This document shows positions 21,034 through 31,629 of a stretch of 64,000 bases of DNA, in pieces (position 1 is the first letter of the stretch; every line of letters begins with the position of its first letter). The notes below the pieces were generated by a model. It was not told where the DNA came from. It saw only the letters and a program-made list of their open reading frames with translations, and did no database searches. The translations under genes and the position numbers were made by a program. The stretch is taken from assembly GCA_965238225.1 (NCBI GenBank), contig OZ250183.1, positions 864,001-928,000 on the forward strand. Direction: 5' to 3'. This DNA comes from Gammaproteobacteria bacterium (GTDB taxonomy: Bacteria; Pseudomonadota; Gammaproteobacteria; Eutrophobiales; Eutrophobiaceae).

Positions 21034-22576
21034 GTGTCAACAGATGTTAAAGAGGCTATAGATACGAAATTTAATTTAGACGAGTACTCGGTCACGTACG
21101 CAAAACAGATGGTAGAATTGATGACGGAGCAACTTGAGGCTGTTATCAAAATACGTCAACCAAAAATACTTGCCTTATTCATGGGCAAATCTGAAATTCC
21201 AGAAGATAACAAAATGTTAATACTCGGCGCACTGCAGGCGTGGAGTATCTGGTTTTAGTTATTAAATATCATAGAGGAAAATGCCGCTATGCGTCGCCTG
21301 CGTTTTATCGAAAAGAAACGTGGGTTGGGAAAGGTCTTGGGGACTTTTGGTAATGTCTTCGAGCATTCTATGAAAGATGGCGTTTCTGCAGATGAGATTC
21401 AGAAATTAATTAATAATGCCCGCATAAGACTAACCATCACAGCACATCCCACAGAGGCAAAGCGTGTCACTATCCTTGAGACACACAGGAGAATTTATAT
21501 TTTACTTAAGGAATTTGAGAATCAACGCTGGACTGAGCGTGAACGGGAAGGGTTTATTTTTGATTTGAGAAATGAAATTGATTTGCTGTGGCTGACAGGT
21601 GAGTTAAGACTAGAAAAACCCACAGTCATGATGGAAGTGAATTGGGGATTGCACTTTTTTGAAGAAACTCTATTCCAGAGTGTGCCTGATATGATTGAAA
21701 AAATGGAATGAGCCTTAAAAGAATATTATCTAAAATATAAAATTTAGTATCCCTGTTGTCTCTAGTAAATTTGCCAATAAAGGAACAGCGCAGCACAACA
21801 TGGAATTACTTGCATCAGGCGTATTTGTGCACACTTTAAAATTACAATCGGAAGTTGAGTTGGCTCCGAATGATGAGATTGATGTTGCCATTGAAGAATT
21901 ATCCAATTTTTCCTTTGATGCCTATAGAAGATTAATAGAAACAGAAGACTTGATTGATTACTATAATGCGGCAAGCCCAGTTAAAGAACTGGCTAAGATG
22001 AATATTGGTTCACGTCCAGCGCGGAGATTTGGTGTCAATTCTTTAAATGATCTACGCGCCATTCCTTGGGTTTTTGCATGGACTCAAAATAGACATCTTG
22101 TGACTAATTGGTATGGCATCGGCAGTGGGCTGAAAAAATTTACAGAAATACATGGCGAAGCAGCAGATGCCTTACTTGAAAAGATTTTTAATCAATCAAG
22201 AATTTCTCGTTTAATCATGGATGGTGTCAAAAAAAATTTATCGCAAGTAGATGTATCTATTGCAAGATCATACGCTTCTTTGGTTTTGGATGAATTATTG
22301 AGAGAAAAAATATTTAGTATGTTCATGGATGAATATAAACTTACAAAAAAATACGTATTGAAGATTGCGGGAGAAAAAGAATTGTTAGACAGATTTCCTA
22401 TATTCAAACGTCAATTTAGAAGACGCGAGGAAATATTAAACAAGGTGGGTTTATTACAAATTAAATTAATTAAGAGATTTCGTAGTCGTACAGGCGATAA
22501 AGATCAATTAGATAATTTAGTGTCGCTACTTCTTTCTATAAATTGCATTAGTTCTGGTATAGGTTACACTGGATAA
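21034..22576 (+). pseudogene. ppc: Phosphoenolpyruvate carboxylase pseudogene
   Basis: TAHPTEAKR, NIGSRPARR, LRAIPWVFAWTQ and INCISSGIGYTG end retained; in-frame stops at 21256 and 21709; central catalytic region absent (junction near 21760). Confidence 0.93.
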
Positions 22577-22749
22577 GAGAATGACGGATATAATAAACAA
22601 AGTTTGAGATTACCTTACTTAATTAAGGTATCAAACATATTAAAACAATAATGGTAATAGATGGATTAGATACCTGATTTATAGAAAATAAAGAACTTTT
22701 TACGGTAAATTTATGATGTTATAACCGTCAATATTGTTTTTTTTGGAGT

Positions 22750-24012
22750 GTGTCTTTTGTGGTTACAAATTTTGTAAAATATATTTGTTTGTTTTTATTG
22801 ACTGGCCTATCAATTGAATCAATCGCCTATGAACTTACTTTAATTGAAGCAGAACAGATTGCGTTAGATCTTGATTTTTTAACCGAAAGATATAATGCCC
22901 GATCAGAGAGTCTAAAAGAACGCGCTGTAGCTGATGGACAATTACCTGATCCTGAACTGAGTTTTGGTCTTGCCGAACTCCCACTGAATAATTTTAACCT
23001 TAATCAACACGAAGATACCGAAGTTCGATTAGGTATTAGTCAGGTTATACCTCCTGGTGATACCTTGAAATATCGAGCAGAACGTATGATTTCAATGGCT
23101 GATGTAGAGCAAGCACGCATGTTTAACCGCCGTTTACTTGTTCTAAGTAGTGTACGCACTGCATTTGTTGAACTTTATTTTCAGCGAGAGATAAGTAAGT
23201 TACTTGAATTAAATCGTGAATTGTTTACTGAAATGGCTGATATTACGGAAAGACAATATGCTGAAGGTCGAGACAATCAATATGATGTATTAAGAGCGCA
23301 ATTGGAATTATCTCTTATTGAAGATCGAATAGAAGAAACGAAAGGCATGATTAGCGTAGCACGTGCAGAACTGTCTGAATGGATTCAACAGGAAAATGCA
23401 ACAAGAAAAATATCACTTAATCCTCCAAAAATAACCGCAATAGAAGCAAAGCATTCTGTCATAAAAAATCTTCATTACCACCCCTTGTTAGCCATCGAAA
23501 ATGCTAATATTGAAGTTGCAAAGAAATCAGTTGCTATTGCAGAAGAGCAATATAAACCAAAATGGATGATAGATTTTATGGTCACTGAGAATACCGCCAG
23601 TGTATTTGATTTGCAAACTGGTCCTGATTTTGCCGGTGTATTTTTCAGACTATCATTACCTCTCTTTGCAGGCAAACGTCAGGATAAAGTATTACTTGCA
23701 AATAAAAATGAAGAACAGGCGCTACGATTTAATCGTTCGGATCGATTACGGGAACTAGTTAGACAGATTGAAACAGAGTTCGCGAATCTAAAGAAATTTA
23801 AACGTAGATTAGATCTTTATGAACAGCGAGCAATAGTAGAAGCAACTCAAATTCAGGATGCTGCTTTCAGTGCTTATCAAAATGATCTTGCTGACTTTGA
23901 GACATTAGTTCGAACAGGCGTGCTCACGTTGGATACTCAATTGGGGATGTTAAATATTCAAAAACAATATTATAAGAGTAAAATTAATTTATTATATCTT
24001 TCTGGAAAGTAA
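22750..24012 (+). CDS. TolC-family outer membrane factor of a heavy-metal efflux system (CusC-like)
   Basis: QLPDPEL, DVLRAQLELS, SLPLF; first gene of an OMF-MFP-RND operon. Confidence 0.88.
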   Translation: MSFVVTNFVKYICLFLLTGLSIESIAYELTLIEAEQIALDLDFLTERYNARSESLKERAVADGQLPDPELSFGLAELPLNNFNLNQHEDTEVRLGISQVIPPGDTLKYRAERMISMADVEQARMFNRRLLVLSSVRTAFVELYFQREISKLLELNRELFTEMADITERQYAEGRDNQYDVLRAQLELSLIEDRIEETKGMISVARAELSEWIQQENATRKISLNPPKITAIEAKHSVIKNLHYHPLLAIENANIEVAKKSVAIAEEQYKPKWMIDFMVTENTASVFDLQTGPDFAGVFFRLSLPLFAGKRQDKVLLANKNEEQALRFNRSDRLRELVRQIETEFANLKKFKRRLDLYEQRAIVEATQIQDAAFSAYQNDLADFETLVRTGVLTLDTQLGMLNIQKQYYKSKINLLYLSGK

Positions 24013-24014
24013 CT

Positions 24015-25280
24015 ATGAATCGTAAATTTATAGCAGGTTTGTTATTTCTAGTTATTGCTGTCTTTTCATTGGGGATATGGTTTGGTTGGTATGAAAGCAT
24101 GTTGTCAGAAAGTGAACTGGCAATGGAAGATATGAACAATGAAAATGAAGAAACTAAGCTTAAAATACTTTTTTATAGACACCCCATGAATCCAAGTATC
24201 ACTTCTGATACTCCACAAAAGGGTAGCATGGGAATGGATTTTATCCCTATTTATGAAAATGATAACAGTGATTTAACAGGTGTTACTATTTCTCCAGAAG
24301 TCATAAATAACCTTGGTGTGCGTGCGACTAAAGTAAAACGAAGGACATTATATCGTCGTATCAACACGGTTGGTTACATCAGCCAAAATGAATCATTAAT
24401 TGGTCACGTACACTTAAGAACAGAGGGTTGGGTTGAGAGTCTTACTGTAGATACGGTGGGCGATCATGTTAAAAAAGGACAGATTTTATTTACGCTCTAT
24501 TCGCCTACATTGGTAAATGCACAGGAAGAATATTTAAAAGCTTTAGAACATAACAATAGGCGATTGATTAATTCTTCTAAACATAAATTGAGGTCATTAG
24601 GAGTATCTTCTTCACAAATTAATAAGCTCACTCAAACCCGTGAAGTTAAACAGACGATTAGTATATTTGCACATCATGATGGTGTAGTGACTAATTTAAT
24701 GATCCGGGAAGGTATGTATGTTGAACCTTCTACTGAAACTATATCGACAGTTGATTTGAGTAATGTGTGGTTGTTGGCAGAAGTGTTTGAACAGCAGGCG
24801 GCATGGATAAATGTAGGTCAAGAAGCTATTTCCACTATTCCGTCATTACCTGGTAGAGAATGGATAGGTGTGATTGATTATATCTATCCGATTCTTGATC
24901 CAGTCACGCGAGCATTAAAAATAAGGCTTAAGTTCGATAATCCAGATGAAATTTTAAAACCTAACATGTTCGCCCACGTTAAGATTTATTCCAACCCGCG
25001 TGAAAATATTCTAATTATACCACGAGCATCCATTATCCGTGATGGCAGTAGTGAGCGAGTGGTTATAGCAGAAGGTAACGGAAAATTTTCTCAACGGCAG
25101 ATAGAAACGGGAATAGAGAGCGACGATATGGTTGAGATTGTAAAAGGTCTTGAAGAGGGAGAAGAGGTTGTTGTCTCTGCACAATTTCTTCTTGATTCGG
25201 AAGCGAGCATAAATGCTAGTTTCCAACGGATGCAACCAATGGAAAATGAATCAGCATCTTCAATGAAGATAACACCGTGA
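24015..25280 (+). CDS. cusB: CusB-like periplasmic adaptor
   Basis: YRHPMNP...SMGMDFIP metal-binding domain, LYSPTLVNAQEEY, LKPNMF, QFLLDSEA. Confidence 0.92.
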   Translation: MNRKFIAGLLFLVIAVFSLGIWFGWYESMLSESELAMEDMNNENEETKLKILFYRHPMNPSITSDTPQKGSMGMDFIPIYENDNSDLTGVTISPEVINNLGVRATKVKRRTLYRRINTVGYISQNESLIGHVHLRTEGWVESLTVDTVGDHVKKGQILFTLYSPTLVNAQEEYLKALEHNNRRLINSSKHKLRSLGVSSSQINKLTQTREVKQTISIFAHHDGVVTNLMIREGMYVEPSTETISTVDLSNVWLLAEVFEQQAAWINVGQEAISTIPSLPGREWIGVIDYIYPILDPVTRALKIRLKFDNPDEILKPNMFAHVKIYSNPRENILIIPRASIIRDGSSERVVIAEGNGKFSQRQIETGIESDDMVEIVKGLEEGEEVVVSAQFLLDSEASINASFQRMQPMENESASSMKITP

Positions 25281-28200
25281 TAGAACGATTAATTCAATGG
25301 TCGCTTGATAATCGTTTCTTGGTTTTAGTGGTTTCTGCAATGTTGTATGTTGGTGGTATCTATACCATAAAAAAAACGCCAGTTGATGCCATACCCGATC
25401 TTTCTGATGTGCAAGTGATTGTTAAAACAGTGTGGCCAGGTCAGGCACCACAAGTTATCGAGGATCAAGTCACTTACCCATTAACGACAGCATTATTATC
25501 GGTTCCGGGAGCAAAAACAGTGCGTGGTTTTTCAAATTTTGGCGATTCTTATGTGTATGTCATCTTTGAAGACGGCACAGATTTATATTGGGCGCGCTCA
25601 CGTGTGCTTGAATATCTCAGTCAGGTAACACCATTTCTACCGCCTGAGGCAAGACCTGCATTAGGTCCCGATGCGACGGGTGTCGGTTGGGTATATAACT
25701 ATGCGTTGATTGATCGAAAAAACAAACATGATTTATCTCAACTCCGTTCAATACAGGATTGGTTTTTAAAATATGAGCTACAAGCTGTGGCAGGCGTGTC
25801 TGAAGTAGCTACGGTAGGAGGATACGTTAAACAGTATCAAGTTGTGGTTGATCCAGATCGTCTTCATGCCTATAACTTAACGTTGAATCAAGTTCGTAAT
25901 GCAATCCAAAATGGGAATATGGAAGATAGTGGTTCAGTCATTGAATTAGCTGAAGCGGAATACGTTATCCGGTCTACAGGTTATGTAAAGGGGGTTGAAG
26001 AACTTAACGCGATTCCGCTTAGCGTGAATGCTAACGGGATACCGATATTATTAAAAGATGTAGCTCAGATACAAATTGGGCCTGATAAACGTCGGGGTAT
26101 TGCAGAGTTAGACGGGGAAGGTGAAGTAGTTGGAGGAATCGTTATTATGCGCTTTGGTGAAAATGCCAAGAAAACCATTGCCTCAGTCAAAAAACGATTA
26201 AATGAACTTAAACTCAGCTTGCCTGATGGGGTTGAGATTGTTGAGACTTATGATCGTTCTTCCTTAATCGATCGATCTATTTCGACGTTGACTCATCGCT
26301 TGATAGAGGAATTTATAATTGTTGCAATCATTTGTGCTCTATTTCTTTTTCATTTACGTTCTTCGCTCGTTATCATTGTTAGCTTACCACTTGGTATTAT
26401 TGTCGCATTTTCAGTCATGTTCGCGCAAGGGATAGATGCCAATATCATGTCTTTGGGCGGTATCGTCATTGCTGTAGGTGCCATGGTTGATGCAGCCATA
26501 GTCATGATTGAAAACTTTCATAAACATTTGGAACATGCTGGAAATGTGATAACAGATCGTTGGAAATTTGTGATGGACTCTGTGCGAGAAGTCGGACCTG
26601 CTTTATTTTTTTCATTATTAATCATTACTGTCAGTTTCTTACCAATCTTTGTACTTGAAGATCAAGAAGGGCGTTTTTTTAAACCATTAGCATTTACAAA
26701 AACCTACGCTATGGCGGCGGCGGCAGGATTATCCGTAACTCTAGTCCCCATTTTAATGGGACTTTTCATACGCGGTGAAGTTATACATGAAAATAAAAAC
26801 CCGATTAGCCGATTGTTAATGATTATATACAAACCATTTATTACATTAGCGCTTGGTTTCCCGCGCACAATTATCTTTATAGCTATAGTTATAACAATAA
26901 TAGGTGTATGGCCAGCACAACATCTTGGCAGTGAGTTCATGCCAGAATTTGATGAAGGGGATTTGATGTATATGCCGACAACACTACCGGCATTATCAAT
27001 TGGTAAAGCACAACAAATATTACAACAAACTGATAAATTAATTCGTACCGTTCCTGAAGTGGAGCATGTCTTCGGAAAGATTGGTAGGGCTGATACTGCA
27101 ACCGATCCTGCGCCATTATCCATGATTGAAACGTTGGTTAAGTTGAAGGACAGAAGTGAATGGCGCGTGGGCATGACACCTGAAAAGTTACGACGTGAAT
27201 TAGATCAACTTGTGAAGTTACCTGGTTTGACAAATGCTTGGGTCATGCCGATTAAGACACGTATCGACATGATTGCGACAGGAATCAAAACACCTGTAGG
27301 TATTAAAATTGCCGGTCCTGATTTAAACGTCATTCAGGAACTCGGTCAACAAATCGAACAGGTCATGCAAGATATTCCAGGCACAGCATCGGTTTATGCC
27401 GAACGTGTCTCTGGGGGTCGTTATATCACAATAGATATAAATAGACTGGAAGCATCACGATTGGGTTTGAACATCAATGATGTTCAGGAGATAGTCAACA
27501 CTGCTGTGGGCGGTAAGAATATCACTTGGACAGTTGAAGGGTTGGAACGTTATCCTATTAATTTACGTTATCCTCGTCATATCAGGGATTCTGTCGAGAA
27601 CCTGAAGATGCTTCCCGTTATTACACCTTCGGGTGCGCGCATTCCATTGAACCAGATCGCGGATATACGAATTGAAGATGGCCCACAAATGATAAAAAGT
27701 GAAAACGCCCGGTTAAATGGCTGGATATTTGTTGATATTGTCGATCGTGATTTGGGTAGTTATGTTGACGAAGCCAAACGAAAAATTTCAGAGACAACTA
27801 TATTGCCTCCAGGATATTCATTGACATGGTCTGGACAGTACGAATATCTGCAACGAGCAAAAGAACGGTTGAGTGTTATCGTGCCGTTAACCCTTGCGTT
27901 AATTGGTTTACTCTTGTTTATATATTTTAAAAATATTATAGAAACCGCGATCATCTTGGGATCATTACCGTTTGCCCTAGTAGGGGGAATATGGATATTA
28001 TATATCTTAGATTTTAATTTGTCAGTCGCCGTGGTTGTCGGCTTTATCGCCCTTGCAGGTGTCGCTGTTCAAACCGGTATTGTCATGTTAGTATTTCTTG
28101 ATAATTCATTCGAAAAATATAGTCAGAAAGCCAAAAACGAAAATCGACCTCTTACTTATTCAGAAATGAAAGAAGCGATCATAGAAGGTGCACTTTTACG

Positions 28201-28411
28201 TGTACGTCCAAAGATAATGACTGTTTCTGCAATTATTGGAGGGCTGCTTCCAGTTATGTTTGGAACGGGCACTGGATCTGATGTGATGGTTAGAATCGCA
28301 GCACCAATGGTAGGTGGAATGTTAACCGCAACAATCTTAACATTAATTGTTATCCCCGCTGTGTATCTTGTATGGAAAAGACAACTTCTGCCAAATCATT
28401 CTATGCAGTAG
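25277..28411 (+). CDS. cusA: CusA/SilA heavy-metal RND transporter
   Basis: DAIPDLSDVQV, EDQVTYPL, AMVDAAIV; Met triad candidates FMPEF/PLSMIET/RIDMIA. Confidence 0.96.
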   Translation: MIERLIQWSLDNRFLVLVVSAMLYVGGIYTIKKTPVDAIPDLSDVQVIVKTVWPGQAPQVIEDQVTYPLTTALLSVPGAKTVRGFSNFGDSYVYVIFEDGTDLYWARSRVLEYLSQVTPFLPPEARPALGPDATGVGWVYNYALIDRKNKHDLSQLRSIQDWFLKYELQAVAGVSEVATVGGYVKQYQVVVDPDRLHAYNLTLNQVRNAIQNGNMEDSGSVIELAEAEYVIRSTGYVKGVEELNAIPLSVNANGIPILLKDVAQIQIGPDKRRGIAELDGEGEVVGGIVIMRFGENAKKTIASVKKRLNELKLSLPDGVEIVETYDRSSLIDRSISTLTHRLIEEFIIVAIICALFLFHLRSSLVIIVSLPLGIIVAFSVMFAQGIDANIMSLGGIVIAVGAMVDAAIVMIENFHKHLEHAGNVITDRWKFVMDSVREVGPALFFSLLIITVSFLPIFVLEDQEGRFFKPLAFTKTYAMAAAAGLSVTLVPILMGLFIRGEVIHENKNPISRLLMIIYKPFITLALGFPRTIIFIAIVITIIGVWPAQHLGSEFMPEFDEGDLMYMPTTLPALSIGKAQQILQQTDKLIRTVPEVEHVFGKIGRADTATDPAPLSMIETLVKLKDRSEWRVGMTPEKLRRELDQLVKLPGLTNAWVMPIKTRIDMIATGIKTPVGIKIAGPDLNVIQELGQQIEQVMQDIPGTASVYAERVSGGRYITIDINRLEASRLGLNINDVQEIVNTAVGGKNITWTVEGLERYPINLRYPRHIRDSVENLKMLPVITPSGARIPLNQIADIRIEDGPQMIKSENARLNGWIFVDIVDRDLGSYVDEAKRKISETTILPPGYSLTWSGQYEYLQRAKERLSVIVPLTLALIGLLLFIYFKNIIETAIILGSLPFALVGGIWILYILDFNLSVAVVVGFIALAGVAVQTGIVMLVFLDNSFEKYSQKAKNENRPLTYSEMKEAIIEGALLRVRPKIMTVSAIIGGLLPVMFGTGTGSDVMVRIAAPMVGGMLTATILTLIVIPAVYLVWKRQLLPNHSMQ

Positions 28412-28885
28412 GTATAAAAAAATAGATTTGTTGAAGAATTACAAAGAAAGAAAAGCAAAATCATTCGTACCTCAACCGGCTAACGCAACACATACATTAA
28501 ACTTACCCGCAAGGTTTTTATTGATATCAATAGTTTGATTTATACGTAATTATACTTGAAGACATTGAAAAACCCCGTAATACTGGGATTTTTTGGTCTT
28601 CCCTAGACGGTTATTGGAAGATGAAATGGAGAGTTGGCGGTGACAGACGAATGGATGGCGTAACTGTATGGTATATACGTTAAATAACAATTGTTCGCTT
28701 ACCAGTTGTCCCAAAAGATGTTCCCGTATTTCATTTTCTCGATGTAAATTAGTTACTGAATGAAGACCTCTTTGTGCTGAAAGTGGACGTTGTGTACAAT
28801 AATATTGTTCAGGTTTAACAGATGTATAGTAAGATATTATTAATTTGAAAAAATAATTTATCTATCGCTAAAAGAATTTTTATGA

Positions 28886-29527
28886 ATGAAAAGCACCAAC
28901 AACAATATGAATGCTAAATTGAGTGCTGAAAATATTTCGTATGAGATTGACGATGAGTTGATCCTTTATGATCTGAAATTCACTTTAGCCTCCGGGCAGG
29001 CGCTGATTGTTGGAGGTAGTAATGGGAGCGGAAAAACTACCTTATTACGTATATTATGCGGCCTTATACAGGCGGATACAGGGAATGTCATCTGGAATGG
29101 TGATGCTATCGAGAAAGTTAGGTTAGAGTATTATCAACAACTTACTTTTATAGGGCATACAACCGGAATAAAAAAAGAACTTACAACGCTCGAGAATATT
29201 CGATTTTTTTCTGCAATCTCTGGTTTACCAGTAAGACAGAATTTTCAAACAGCTATTGATTTCGTTGGACTTACTGGTCTTGAAAATAAAGCAGGAGGAT
29301 GTTTATCTTTTGGCCAGCAACGACGTATTGCATTATCTCGGCTTATTACTGATTCCTCTACTATTTGGATATTAGACGAGCCATTCTCAGGTCTCGACAT
29401 AATGATGATTAAAACTCTACAAGCATGCTTTGTGGAACATGTAAGTAACGGGGGAATTCTAATATTCGCCAGTCATCAGCATCTCGATCTAAAACAGATA
29501 GATACAGTAAATATACAACTGGATTAA
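28886..29527 (+). CDS. ccmA: Heme exporter ATP-binding protein
   Basis: GSNGSGKTT, LSFGQQRR, WILDEP; heads the ccm operon. Confidence 0.93.
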   Translation: MKSTNNNMNAKLSAENISYEIDDELILYDLKFTLASGQALIVGGSNGSGKTTLLRILCGLIQADTGNVIWNGDAIEKVRLEYYQQLTFIGHTTGIKKELTTLENIRFFSAISGLPVRQNFQTAIDFVGLTGLENKAGGCLSFGQQRRIALSRLITDSSTIWILDEPFSGLDIMMIKTLQACFVEHVSNGGILIFASHQHLDLKQIDTVNIQLD

Positions 29528-29534
29528 GAAAAAG

Positions 29535-30215
29535 ATGGAATTCACAAATGCTTTCTCAGCTATGTTGATTCACGATCTGTTGATTTCATTTCGTCAGCGA
29601 TCAGAAATCATGTTGCCAGTATTATTCTTTATTGTAGTTGTCAGTTTGTTTCCGTTAGCGATAAGTCCAGATCCAGTTGTTCTAAAAAATATTGGTCCAG
29701 GAGTTATATGGATAGCAGCATTATTGTCAATTCTTTTATCTTTACAAAATATCTTTCGATCAGATTTTGACGATGGCTTTATGGATCAGATTTTGTTGAG
29801 TCCATATCCTGCTCCTTTGATCGTTCTTGCTAGATTATTAGCGCAGTGGTGTGCTATCGGTTTGCCATTGATTTTAGTGTCGCCTTTACTGGGGGTATTA
29901 TTGCACTTTGATTCATCTGTAATACTGGTTTTATTCATTTCTTTATTATTGGGTATCCCATGCCTTAATATGGTTGGTGCAATTGGTGCAGCATTGACCA
30001 CAGGCTTGCGTCAGGCGAGCGCTTTATTGTCTTTGCTCGTATTACCTCTATATGTTCCGGTATTAATATTTGGCAGTAACGCCGTTATCTTCGCATCAAA
30101 GAACTTACCCTATAACGGGCAATTATTATGGTTAGCTGCATTTCTTGTGTTGTCATTGACATTGGCTCCAATTGTAATTAGCGCATCTCTTAGAGTATCC
30201 TGTAATTATAGGTAG
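29535..30215 (+). CDS. ccmB: Heme exporter permease
   Basis: DFDDG, LLVLPLYVPVLIFG. Confidence 0.95.
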   Translation: MEFTNAFSAMLIHDLLISFRQRSEIMLPVLFFIVVVSLFPLAISPDPVVLKNIGPGVIWIAALLSILLSLQNIFRSDFDDGFMDQILLSPYPAPLIVLARLLAQWCAIGLPLILVSPLLGVLLHFDSSVILVLFISLLLGIPCLNMVGAIGAALTTGLRQASALLSLLVLPLYVPVLIFGSNAVIFASKNLPYNGQLLWLAAFLVLSLTLAPIVISASLRVSCNYR

Positions 30216-30269
30216 ATGTTAGAGATACATCTTTAATTATTTTTAGCACATCAAGAGAAATAGTACGGC

Positions 30270-31025
30270 ATGACTAATAGAGATAATGTCTGGCAGTGGT
30301 TTCACCGCATGGCATCACTGGCTTATTATTTCAATTTAGCAGGAAAACTTTTACCATGGTGTATTACGTTAACGGTAATATTTTTGGTGCTTGGGTTAAT
30401 AGGTGGTTTGCATTATGCACCACCTGATTACCAGCAAGGTGATGTCTTCAGAATTATTTATGTTCATGTTCCATCCGCATGGTTGTCTATGTTTATCTAC
30501 ATGGTTATAGCTATTAACAGTGCTATTTTCCTTGTTTGGCATATAAAATTATCTGACATCGTTGCGCGATCAAGTGCAATAATTGGTGCTTCATTTACTT
30601 TTCTTGCATTGGTAACTGGTTCAATCTGGGGGAAACCAATGTGGGGAACATGGTGGATATGGGATGCCCGGCTAACTTCTGAGCTGTTACTGTTTTTTTT
30701 ATATCTTGGTTATATCGGCTTACGGTCTGCGATAGACGATCGTCGTGTGGCAGGTCGTGCATCCTCTATATTGGCGCTGGTAGGAGCAATTAATATACCG
30801 ATAATTCATTATTCTGTAACATGGTGGAATACTTTACATCAGTCTGCCAGTATTTCTAAATTAGGAATCCCATCGATCCATATAAGCATGTTGGTTCCTT
30901 TATTGTGTATGGCAATGGCGTTCAATTTATTTTACCTTTGGACGCTTCTGATAAATTCACGACGTGAGATATTAGAACAGGAAAAACATAGCCAATGGGT
31001 TAAAGAACTAATGACCATATCATGA
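30270..31025 (+). CDS. ccmC: Heme exporter CcmC
   Basis: YVHVP, WGKPMWGTWWIWDARLT. Confidence 0.97.
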   Translation: MTNRDNVWQWFHRMASLAYYFNLAGKLLPWCITLTVIFLVLGLIGGLHYAPPDYQQGDVFRIIYVHVPSAWLSMFIYMVIAINSAIFLVWHIKLSDIVARSSAIIGASFTFLALVTGSIWGKPMWGTWWIWDARLTSELLLFFLYLGYIGLRSAIDDRRVAGRASSILALVGAINIPIIHYSVTWWNTLHQSASISKLGIPSIHISMLVPLLCMAMAFNLFYLWTLLINSRREILEQEKHSQWVKELMTIS

Positions 31026-31183
31026 TTAATTTCTTGGAAATGGGTGGTTATGCGAGTTATGTATGGCCATCTTACGGGATTGTTGCAGTTGTAATGTCTC
31101 TTAATATTTATTATTCGTATAAACGTTATAATATTATGTTGCATCGTTTAAAAGAAATGCATGCTTCAACTGAGGATATATGA
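31022..31183 (+). CDS. ccmD: Heme exporter CcmD (53 aa; absent from the ORF track)
   Basis: MINFLEMGGYASYVWPSYG; ATGA overlaps with both ccmC and ccmE. Confidence 0.93.
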   Translation: MINFLEMGGYASYVWPSYGIVAVVMSLNIYYSYKRYNIMLHRLKEMHASTEDI

Positions 31184-31620
31184 GCCCTAAACAAAAACAG
31201 CGTTTTATTATGGTCAGTTTGTTAATTTCAGGATTGGCGGTCGGCATCGGATTAGTATTGGTTGCCTTGAATGAGAATATAAATTTGTTTTTTACACCGA
31301 CGCAAGTTGTAACAGGGCAGGCACCACAAGAACAACGATTTAGAATTGGAGGGCTTGTGGTGCCTGATAGCGTAGATAAATTTGAAGGCGAACTAACAAT
31401 TCGATTCAAATTAACCGACACATCTGAAGATGTGCAGATTGAATACGCAGGAATCCTGCCGGATCTTTTTAGAGAAGGACAAGGTATCGTAGTCGAAGGT
31501 ATTTTAGATGATGCAGGAGTATTTATTGCCGATCAAGTTTTGGCTAAACATGATGAAAACTATATGCCGCCAGAAGCAGAGCTCGCTTTGAGAAAAAGTG
31601 GAAGTCAATACTATAAATAA
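31180..31620 (+). CDS. ccmE: Heme chaperone CcmE
   Basis: LPDLFREGQG, LAKHDENYMPPE. Confidence 0.97.
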   Translation: MSPKQKQRFIMVSLLISGLAVGIGLVLVALNENINLFFTPTQVVTGQAPQEQRFRIGGLVVPDSVDKFEGELTIRFKLTDTSEDVQIEYAGILPDLFREGQGIVVEGILDDAGVFIADQVLAKHDENYMPPEAELALRKSGSQYYK

Positions 31621-31629
31621 GAACGAACA

